Of a stretch of 58,658 nucleotides of DNA, positions 36,705-45,440 are shown in pieces (position 1 is the stretch's first letter; the number at the start of each line of letters is the position of its first letter). This stretch comes from Convolutriloba macropyga (lineage: Eukaryota), in the NCBI RefSeq assembly GCF_964194025.1, contig NC_134474.1:34043343-34102000 (forward strand), in the 5' to 3' direction. Both the position numbers and the translations under genes were made by a program. The notes under the pieces were generated by a model. It worked only from the letters and a program-made list of their open reading frames with translations, did no database searches and was not told where the DNA came from.

Positions 36705-39700
36705 TTAGTTTTCTTCATCAGAGCTTGAAATTGCAACTGCACGCTTGCGTTTCTTAGGATTTTCAGGGGTAGGAGTATTTGTAACATCCTTCATTAACTT
36801 TGCTGGAGTTTTTGTGTTCACATCTTCATCTAGATCATTGTCCTCGCTTTCAGAATCTAAAGCACGCCTGGTTTGCTGTTTAGTTGTGGAGTTAGCTTGT
36901 TCTAATGCAGAAGCTCCATCTGAGATGTCTTTGTCAGCCTCATTTCTGTTTGACAAAAGTGGCCTATCATCGTCGCTTTCATTCTCATTTTCGCTGTCAC
37001 TAAGATCTACCCGTTGCAATCTCGAGCGGACCTGTTTGGAGGTTTTCTTGACCGGATGAGAGTGACCTATGCTTGTTCCATCATCATCATCATTGCTATC
37101 CAAAATTTTGTCATCGGCTTCCGCGTTTTCGTCAATTTTCCTGCGTTTAGGTGCGTTGCTAGCTTTGGATGTAGTATTCGACTTCTGTCTCTTCCTTTGA
37201 ACATCATTGTCATCGTTTTCGTCTATCTCCAATCTGCTTTCTTTTTCAACATCTGAATCACTTTCAGCTCCACCATCTTCTTTGTCAGAGACACTTCTTT
37301 CTATTCGTTCCTTTTTCTTTCGTTCAGCTGCTTTTCGCTGAAGTGCCTCAAGCTGTTCACGCCGTTTTGAAGCCAATTGTTGCTCATCATCCGAGCTCTG
37401 TTGGTTTTGTGCATCTTCAGCAGAACTTTCTGCATCGCTATCCTCGACAAGTCTGCCTGTGCCTTTCGATTTAGAAATATTGTGCAGCACATTTGGTCTG
37501 TCGTTACTAAATTGCCTCGAATTTTCATTTTCATCTTCAGTTACAAATTCGTTGTCATCATCGTTATCATCATCTACAACTAAATTCGATTTGTCTAGAG
37601 CCTGTTTGAGGGCTTCTACTTTTTTCATTATGACGTCTGAAGTCAAGTAATGTGGAACTCGCCAGAATATTTCAGTACCTTCGCCACCACCATCTGTCAA
37701 GGGAGAACTCATTCCAAGCAATTTGAGTAACTTTGAGAACTCTTTCTCACAATCAATTAAAGCCATTTCGACTACTTCTCCGTTTGGAACCAAAGGAAAT
37801 GAAACCTGGGAACTTTCATCATTGTTATCCTGGTCGCTGTCATTTTCCAACTCCTTCTTAACGTCAGCAGCACTTTTCAAACTGGTTACCAGCCAGTTAA
37901 CAGACGCACTATAGCTACCTTCATTTTTCTTCACAATATTCCTGACGAATGTTGCAAGTTGTGATTTGGCATTTGAGGACAATTCCCCATTTGGCAATGG
38001 TTGACTAATAGACTCCATTTTGTAGCGTGATTTTGATTTCTTGGTTGACTTTCTATTTGCTTCGTCCTTCGCCATTTGTTCTTCGATGTCAAAATCGTCT
38101 TCTTGAAGTAAGTCATTAGCTTCTAAGAAATTCAACCCTTTTCCTTTCTTTTTACTCGTAACACCAGTTGCTTTGTAGTCTAAATTCAACTCTTTCATCT
38201 TCTCAATTACTTCTTTTCGCGACGCTTCGAATGTCTTGTGCTCTAAAATTAGCTTCAATTTTCTATACTTTCCATACAGTTCCTGCAGTTCTAAAATTTC
38301 CTGCTCATCCCAATCCTTCGCGGCTTTTCCAGACTTCTTGGGACCTCCTCCGGCAACTCCAGCAGACTTCTGTGGTCTCAGCTCTGCAATATTTTCCACC
38401 AACTTCAAGTCGACTAATTTGTTCGCAATTTGCTTCCTCGACTTCGGGATTGAAAGTCTGTCCAAAATTTCACGCAGCAAATCAGGCTGGCCATTATGCT
38501 CCTCAAACAGATTTTTCAACTCTTCGATCAAACTTTCGGGCCAAATGTCAGGTTTCATGATTTCGTTTTTGTTGTTAGCCAACCCCAATGCCAGTAGTTT
38601 CTGTATAATTCTCACTTTTGGCTTTTTATGAACCATCGCATTGTAAATCTCAGTCAACGGATCTTCGCTCTCGTGGAATTCTTCCCACAAAAACTTCAGC
38701 TCAGTTTCATGCTCTGGTCGCCATACGCCTAAATTCTCGCGACCCGAGACCATTCTCAGTTCGTTCATATCGGTGACCAGGCCCAATGATTTTAGCTGAT
38801 TGGCTACCACTTTCGGTTTATTCAGTTCTCGGGAAAAGTTTGCCATTATGAATTCTACCACACCGCCTGATGCTTCATTCTGTTCCGATTCCTGATACTG
38901 TTTGAACAAACTTATCAATTCAGCGTTGTTTTCCTCCGTAAAAACAATTCGGAAATCTTCACCGCTTCTTCCATGTTTAACGTACGTTCCGTAACCGTCA
39001 ATAATTTCAGCCGCTACTGACGTATCTTTCCAGAACACCAACTCCATGTAAATGTCTTTATTAGTCTGTGCCGCTTTCACAAATTGTTTTATCAAGTACT
39101 TTGAAAATGTGACCAATTCGTTCATAGTTGAGTCTAAATTTAACTTTTGCTTTTGTGTCCTTATTGAAGCTTCTCTCAGAATGTCTCTGAGAATCTTGAA
39201 CAAGGACGCTTGGAACAACAAACCAGGCATACTTAAATCGCACGCAATTCTATGCAGCATTTTTAACACACTTTTATTGGTTTGTGAGAAATTTGTTCGG
39301 AAAAACTGAAGCAAATATGAGTAACACCTGACGACATCGTGCCTTGCATACTGGTGTAAGTGGGAATTAAAATCAAAATATTGTTCATTTGACTCCAAGT
39401 TTCGCATTTCATCGTCGCTCGAACTGGAATCAGATAGCAGGCCACCATCGACTAACTCCTCAAACAAGGCTTCGTTATTTTCCACATCATCACCTGCACC
39501 ATCATCCTCAGAATTATCAGCTTTATCTTCCGAATTTTTGACAGCTTCACTGAAAAAATCTGGAATTTCAGCCCAATGTTCAAAATCTTTAAACTGGCCC
39601 AGACTGCTTTTAAATGCTGAGATGTCAATTTTATCTGCAAAGTGGATTGATCTCAAAATGTCAAATTCTTCTTCAACAGAAGCATCAACCGCTCCAAAAA

Positions 39701-41738
39701 TTTCGCCTTCAGTCCAAACTTTCCGACATTCTCGTAACAGTTCGACAACTTTTGCGGCCGAAATTACTTCATTGCATTCAATTTCCGGTTTTTGATTATC
39801 ATCCGAGTTCTCCACTTTCTGTACACTATGAAGTAATCTTTGCAGTCTCGCAACGGCCATTTGCTTTTGATCTTCCAGTGATACATCACTGAGAGGGTCA
39901 AAAGGCATCATCGTTTGTTCGGGTGGCGATATTCGACCTTGAAAGACTCCACACAAACTTGGCGCAATGTTGTCCCAAAGGAGTTCGAGCTTTTCCAACT
40001 CAGCTTGACGCTTAGCTTCCTCTGATTCCTGCTTATTCTTGTTTTGGCTTCCACTGCTTTTCGCTCCGGACTTTCCACCAGTTTGATTCCTCTGTTGAGG
40101 TTTCTTCTTTTTCTTGCCTCCTTTCTTTTTTATGATCAATTTCTTTTTCGAGGCGAAATCTTCCAGCATTTTGAGAAATACGTGATTTGTTTCAACTAAA
40201 TCTTTCAAGTAACTTTTGCTCATTTTAGTCTGATCAAATCTTTGCATGAAGCTGATAAAGAGATCTCGGTATTCGCTATTGTAAAATAGGTTTCGTTTCA
40301 AAATATCAGCCGATCGCTGAACGTCCTTTTCCTTATGATTGCCCATTTTCTCACACGACTTCAGAAGTTCGCCGAAAGCTTTGAGAGCAAAATGCATTCG
40401 TTCAGCCCATGAAACTGCTACATATTGTGTTTTCTTTTCCTGCAACATCAGTTCGTAATATTCCCCCATTTTCAAATGGATAAACGAAAAAATTTGAGAT
40501 GACAAAACTTCAGAAATGAACTCAGGTCTAAACTTGTAACATCGGTTGAATTCCAGAAAAAATCCCATAGACCACAGAAAGTATGACTCATCATTATACT
40601 GAATCTTTTCACGCCTGATTGCATCACTTGCAGCATGCATTAAATTGTTGAAAGCGTCCTCCAACAGTTCATTTACAAACTCTTTTAGAAACTGCCGAAT
40701 GACTTTGGTTGACCTCCGAGGAACTGCCCGGTCATCAATCGGTTGCAACCTTTTCGGCTTCCTTTTTCCTGGTTTCATATCATCAAACGAAATGTAGTTT
40801 GCCTTCGACTGTGTACCGTGGTAGATTAAAGTATTGTTAGGATTCAACGCTTTCAAATTCTTCACATAGTAGGAACCTCCAAATCTCGAATGCCGCGTGC
40901 TGCTAACCGCAGCTCTGCATTTGCGCTGCTCTTTCTCTTTCAACAATAAAGTGCAAAGCTCTTTGGCTTCAATTTCTGCTTCCTTCTGACTTTTCTGCCA
41001 TTCTTGGATGTCCGAAATCTGAACTGCCGGGGTCGATGCGAGAAGTTCTGGACTCTGATCTCGCAACATGTGGAATAAGATTTCAAGAACGTGCATGCAC
41101 CATTTTGACTGGTCCTCATTGATAGCAAGGTACTTCAAAATTGCTTCCACTCCCGTCTTCTTCATGGCCCAGATAACTTGGTCGTGGACAGAGGCATCAT
41201 CATCGGTTCGATTTTCATCCGTCGGATTTGAGTCAATATGTAAAATATTACGGAGCAGAATCAAAATTCTCTCAATCAGCAATTGACTTTCTTCATCTTC
41301 AGCGTCATCGGATTCTAAAATGTATTTGATTCTAACGCCGATGTTGTAAATTAGAGTTTCATTTACGAAAGCTTGCTTGTAGCTTCTGAGGTACCGTTCC
41401 AGTTCCATGTAATAACTTCTAAACTGTGGATCTGTTGGCATATTACCAAAACAGAGTATTGGAGGACTGCTTAAATTCTGCATCAAACGCACAACTGAGT
41501 CGAAGAGCTCCGTGTCATCGGGGTATGTGCAAATTATACTGATTAAATCATTTTCGAACACCTTTAAGAATCCCACTTTTCTCCGCACTTGTCGAGTGTC
41601 GTCCTCTCTTTTCAAAGTTCTGATCAATTCTTTGCAACTAAGTTCACAATCAGGTTCTTTCGTATACACCCCCGTGGCTTCATCATAGAAACCCAGAGAG
41701 GCACAGCACGCGTGCAATCTGGCCTCGGCGAAATCCAT
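36705..41738 (-). CDS. timeless: Protein timeless homolog (Timeout/tim2 type; replication fork protection complex), 1677 aa, no introns in the CDS
   Basis: N-terminus LHACCASLG…YTKEPDC…KELIRTLKREDDTRQVR matches the TIMELESS domain. Further conserved motifs: IERILILLRNILH, DDDASVHDQVIW, RHSRFGGSY, DESYFLWSMGFF, LKDLVETNHVFLKMLE, KMLHRIA. Myb-like repeats, a PARP-binding domain (PLVP…FSKLLKLLG…FWRVP) and an acidic disordered tail follow. Confidence 0.96.
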   Translation of the reverse strand: MDFAEARLHACCASLGFYDEATGVYTKEPDCELSCKELIRTLKREDDTRQVRRKVGFLKVFENDLISIICTYPDDTELFDSVVRLMQNLSSPPILCFGNMPTDPQFRSYYMELERYLRSYKQAFVNETLIYNIGVRIKYILESDDAEDEESQLLIERILILLRNILHIDSNPTDENRTDDDASVHDQVIWAMKKTGVEAILKYLAINEDQSKWCMHVLEILFHMLRDQSPELLASTPAVQISDIQEWQKSQKEAEIEAKELCTLLLKEKEQRKCRAAVSSTRHSRFGGSYYVKNLKALNPNNTLIYHGTQSKANYISFDDMKPGKRKPKRLQPIDDRAVPRRSTKVIRQFLKEFVNELLEDAFNNLMHAASDAIRREKIQYNDESYFLWSMGFFLEFNRCYKFRPEFISEVLSSQIFSFIHLKMGEYYELMLQEKKTQYVAVSWAERMHFALKAFGELLKSCEKMGNHKEKDVQRSADILKRNLFYNSEYRDLFISFMQRFDQTKMSKSYLKDLVETNHVFLKMLEDFASKKKLIIKKKGGKKKKKPQQRNQTGGKSGAKSSGSQNKNKQESEEAKRQAELEKLELLWDNIAPSLCGVFQGRISPPEQTMMPFDPLSDVSLEDQKQMAVARLQRLLHSVQKVENSDDNQKPEIECNEVISAAKVVELLRECRKVWTEGEIFGAVDASVEEEFDILRSIHFADKIDISAFKSSLGQFKDFEHWAEIPDFFSEAVKNSEDKADNSEDDGAGDDVENNEALFEELVDGGLLSDSSSSDDEMRNLESNEQYFDFNSHLHQYARHDVVRCYSYLLQFFRTNFSQTNKSVLKMLHRIACDLSMPGLLFQASLFKILRDILREASIRTQKQKLNLDSTMNELVTFSKYLIKQFVKAAQTNKDIYMELVFWKDTSVAAEIIDGYGTYVKHGRSGEDFRIVFTEENNAELISLFKQYQESEQNEASGGVVEFIMANFSRELNKPKVVANQLKSLGLVTDMNELRMVSGRENLGVWRPEHETELKFLWEEFHESEDPLTEIYNAMVHKKPKVRIIQKLLALGLANNKNEIMKPDIWPESLIEELKNLFEEHNGQPDLLREILDRLSIPKSRKQIANKLVDLKLVENIAELRPQKSAGVAGGGPKKSGKAAKDWDEQEILELQELYGKYRKLKLILEHKTFEASRKEVIEKMKELNLDYKATGVTSKKKGKGLNFLEANDLLQEDDFDIEEQMAKDEANRKSTKKSKSRYKMESISQPLPNGELSSNAKSQLATFVRNIVKKNEGSYSASVNWLVTSLKSAADVKKELENDSDQDNNDESSQVSFPLVPNGEVVEMALIDCEKEFSKLLKLLGMSSPLTDGGGEGTEIFWRVPHYLTSDVIMKKVEALKQALDKSNLVVDDDNDDDNEFVTEDENENSRQFSNDRPNVLHNISKSKGTGRLVEDSDAESSAEDAQNQQSSDDEQQLASKRREQLEALQRKAAERKKKERIERSVSDKEDGGAESDSDVEKESRLEIDENDDNDVQRKRQKSNTTSKASNAPKRRKIDENAEADDKILDSNDDDDGTSIGHSHPVKKTSKQVRSRLQRVDLSDSENENESDDDRPLLSNRNEADKDISDGASALEQANSTTKQQTRRALDSESEDNDLDEDVNTKTPAKLMKDVTNTPTPENPKKRKRAVAISSSDEEN

Positions 41739-41819
41739 ACCTGTGCTTCAAAAAAGTGATATCAAACCATATACATCTGAAACAATGTCTTGAAAGATAC
41801 ACAAGTATATCACAAGGCC

Positions 41820-42579
41820 AAACTAGCGTCAGGCGAATTGCTTTCAAACGACCGGCGAGCGGTTGGCTTCGGTAGTAGTCAGCTGGGGCTAAGGTATGCT
41901 AGCTTTAGGTGGGGGGGGGGGGGGTCAAGCCTGGGGGGGGGGGGAGGAGGTTGGTAGGGCTCGACGAGAAGATTTCCAAATCCTTGAAGTTGTCGCCTTA
42001 AAACAGTAAAACAGACTTAAGGCTCTAAGAGAGGTGCTCAGTCACTTAATGCGCTCCGGGCAACGAAAGGTTAAAAGGGTCAGACGAAAAATCGGTCAAG
42101 CGAAAAATTGCATTAAAAAAGACCACAGGACTAATATAATTAATTGCTACAAACTTCGTTTGAGAGCAATTAACTACAAACTTCGTTTCAGAGCAATTAA
42201 CTGCAAACTTCGTTTGAGAGTAATTAACTGCAAACTTCGTTTGAGAGTAATTAACTACAAACTTCGTTTGAGAGCAATTAACTACAAACTTTGTTTCAGA
42301 GCAATTAACTGCAAACTTCGTTTGAGAGCAATTAACTGCAAACTTCGTTTCAGAGCAATTAACTGCAAACTTCGTTTGAGAGCAATTAACTACAAACTTC
42401 GTTTCAGAGCAATTAACTGCAAACTTCGTTTCAGAGCAATTAACTGCAAACTTCGTTTGAGAGCAATTAACTGCAAACTTCGTTTCAGAGCAATTAACTG
42501 CAAACTTCGTTTGAGAGCAATTAACTACAAACTTCGTTTCAGAGCAATTAACTGCAAACTTCGTTTGAGAGTAATTAAC
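41820..42579 (-). mobile_element. Helentron-like (HINE) copy with an amplified 5' end, ~80 bp upstream of the timeless ATG
   Basis: 3' end AACTAGCGTCAGGCGAATTGCTTTCAAACGA, a poly-G core, and a conserved body to TCGTTTGAGAGCAATT, followed by repeats of that terminus. Confidence 0.8.
42151..42579. repeat. 27-bp minisatellite, 16 units
   Basis: AAACTTCGTTT(G/C)AGAG(C/T)AATTAACT(A/G)C x16. It generates the periodic ORFs 42034..42627 and 42046..42582. Confidence 0.97.
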
Positions 42580-42758
42580 CATGAGCTTGTACTCTCACCC
42601 ATTATCTCGACAATATCTGTAATTTAAGGTTGGTGCGTTTGTTTTCAGAAGCAACTCTTGCCTCTATTTTTATTACTATCAAAGTTGTTGCGTGCATACT
42701 AAGAACGCATGAAGAAGCAAGAAAATTTATTTTCCAGCAGAGAAAGTCAAAACAATTT

Positions 42759-43510
42759 TTATAAATCAATATTTTTATCCTCTGTTGCAGAGCAATCAAT
42801 AACAACACCATCTTCCTTCACGTTGTTTTCTGGTTTGTTTGAACTACTGGAAACGCAAATATTGTCCACAGATTCAGTCTTCATTGATTCATCCGTGGAT
42901 GCATTTTCATTGACAACAGGCTTGGGCAAATGTTCTCTCATTGACTTTACCTCATCATGAGAATAGCCGGCCAGCCTCATAAAATGTTCTTTCTCGCACG
43001 CTTTCACATAAGCACGCACAGTATATCGGCCTTTCCATGCACAAAAGGCAAAATCACTCATCAAAGCGTCACAATCGGGTTTGACAGAAAGTTGTTCTTT
43101 TTGAGGTTCAAATGTGATTATGATGCAGCCACTGCCAGTGTCTTCCAATTCTTTTTGGGTATTTCCCGAAAAGTTTTTAAAAGACACAGAATCGTTGATA
43201 AGGACTTTGGTCACGTCATCTAAAACAAATTCGGAATGAAATAAAGCTAATCCGACCAAAAATTTTGTATTAAGGATTGGATAGGACAGCATTGCAGGCC
43301 GCATTCGCTACCGAAGTAGTATCTGCTTCTCGATTATTTAAGTAAGGCACATTTAAAATTTTCCCGATCCCCGCTGAGGATTTTAAATACCAGGGTTACT
43401 TTTGCCACACACATTAATTTCAAAAGGCAGGGTAATGTGCGTTTGCACCAGATGTTCCGACGCGGCTCATCCACAATTTGACATAAACGTCTACCAAATG
43501 AGTAAGATAT
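42759..43510 (-). pseudogene. NSUN2: C-terminal fragment of tRNA m5C methyltransferase NSUN2/Trm4 (degraded copy or last exon)
   Basis: DDVTKVLINDSVSFKNFS…GCIIITFEP…FCAWKGRYTVRAYV…EKEHFMRLAG parallels the NSUN2 C-terminus as recalled (EDVKILLTQENPFFRKLS…GSIVLKYEP…LCGWRGKASIRTFV…ERLHYLRMMG). The upstream part (…FKILSGDRENFKCA) is in another frame with a stop. No catalytic domain is seen in the window. Confidence 0.62.
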
Positions 43511-43664
43511 AGGAAAAAATTGGTCGGAAAACAATTTATGCATAAAAAAAATCGTTATACACTCAAACCACTAATTAAATAAAACCTAATTAGAGGAAAC
43601 ATGAGACCTGCCAATAATGACACTACGAAACAAGACAAAAAGCAAAACAAAACGACAAAAAACA

Positions 43665-44090
43665 AACATAACCGACGAACGTCGGGCGAATTGCTCTCAA
43701 ACGACCGGTTGGCTTCGCCAGTAGCTAGGCACGGTTTAGTGAGGCTAGCTTTAGCTTAATTGAAGGGGCGTAAGTGAGCGCAGCGGGAAGGGGGCACCGG
43801 GGGGCTGATGGCGTGGCAACAGTGGGGGGGGGGGGGGGGTCAATCTCTAAGAACCGCCCTTCGCACCATAAGTATAAGTCTCCAAAACAGATTCTGTGAA
43901 TCGCATACTTGAAAACTAGTGAGCTCAAAGGCTCTAAAAGCATTTAATGCCCACTGGGCGCTACCTGTTTATCCCGTTTTTGAGGACGAAAAATCATGCG
44001 TCAGGCGAAAAATTGGTCAACCGAAAAATCGCATAAAAAAGACCGACAGGACTAATATAATTGCTACAAACTTCGTTTGAGAGCAATTAA
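43665..44090 (-). mobile_element. Best-preserved non-autonomous Helentron/Helitron2-like element (HINE), ~425 bp
   Basis: Perfect 16-bp asymmetric IR: AATTGCTCTCAAACGA (43689-43704) / TCGTTTGAGAGCAATT (44073-44088). A perfect hairpin CCGACG-AA-CGTCGG (43672-43685) lies outside the left IR. Both ends abut T runs on the minus strand, and there is no TSD. Confidence 0.82.
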
Positions 44091-44852
44091 TAATTACGGG
44101 CGAAACTCAATATCTATTTAAAAAAACAGCAGCAAAATCAAATTAGTATGGGATAAAACCGAAACTAAGGAAATTAACGTGTACTTCACTACAAAGCAGA
44201 TGGGACCTGTACCCAATGAGACTAGGTAACAAGTCGACAAACACAAGAACAAAAAGAGGCAAAGTTCAAAAATCCATTTAAATTTCTGATGCAAAAAAGA
44301 AAAGTCACAACAAATATCGGCTTTTATAGGGGGTTATGTGAAAACAAAAGAAAAAGAAATTTTGAGCGTATCAAAAACTCACAAAATTTTGTATGTAATA
44401 TTTAAAAAAACCTGGTTAAAAGACAAAACCGGCAGAGATCAAAGTTAATGACAAGAAAGTAGATGCGATCTGTCATAAATAAGACAAAGTTAAAATTTGA
44501 CATAAAGACCAATATGAAAATTATATTGATTTTTGAAAACAAATGAACTCAAAGTAATTAAAACCATGAGACTTCAACTAAAGATATTAAATAAGTTCAC
44601 TTATAGCTCCATGGGAAACTATTGAGACCTCACATTATTCAGAACACGCCACACGACACGACCACAAAAAGAACAAAAAATCTGAAATTGAATTAAAATT
44701 TGCTAGAAAAATCTCGAATTACGCTTTTTTTAAAACGTTACATAAGTTCAATTGGGCCTTTTTTAACGCCCATCGGAATTGTCTTCAATGTCAAGACAAA
44801 AAAACATATGGGCAACTGTCAAGTAAAACTTTTTTGTGAACTTATTATCTTA

Positions 44853-45440
44853 TGACTTAGCTCCATTAAGCAAAGGTCCTACTGGATATTCAAAGAAGTA
44901 GAGGTAAAACTATTTAAAGCTGTCGGTTGATATCTAATGGCTTATAAATGTCTTAAAATATCAAATATCGGTTATTTTTTTGCCACTTTGCCAATGTGCA
45001 GCTTAGTGTCATTAAACACTTGTCTGATAATCTTTCTAGTAAATATCTAGTGAAATTAATCTGTATGGTTATTTCAATAGAAAGAAGGTGCCAACAGTTC
45101 ATTAGTAAGACTAAGCCACAAGTTGAGACAAAAAAGATGGAACAAAAAATCAGAAATTGTTCACAACATTTAATTCTTACGTCATAAAAGCCAACCATTA
45201 AAACAAAACAACCATACAGATTAATTTCACTATATATTTACTAGAAAGAATATCTGAGAAATGTTTAATGACACTAAGTTGCAAGTTGACAGCAATAAGG
45301 TTAGAAGGTGGCAAAAAATAACCGACATTTAAAATTTAAAGACATATATAAGCCACTAGATATCAACTGACAGCATTAAAAAGTTCAACCTCTATCTCTT
45401 TTAATAGCCTGTAGGACCTTTGATTAACGCAACTAAGTCA
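44853..45440. mobile_element. Old MITE/foldback, ~220-bp diverged inverted arms with a ~135-bp spacer
   Basis: TGACTTAG…CAAAGGTCCTAC…TCTAGTAAATATCTAGTGAAATTAATCTGTATGGTT mirrors AACCATACAGATTAATTTCACTATATATTTACTAGA…GTAGGACCTTTG…CTAAGTCA. Confidence 0.8.

Noticed and set aside
36745-41286. Many short ORFs overlapping timeless, and those overlapping pPolB at 50224-54057
   Set aside because: Antisense or alternate-frame shadows of long genuine coding sequences.
42034-42627. 197-aa KLRLRAINC-repeat ORF and antisense 178-aa ORF
   Set aside because: By-product of a stop-free 27-bp unit derived from a transposon end; no evidence of coding function.
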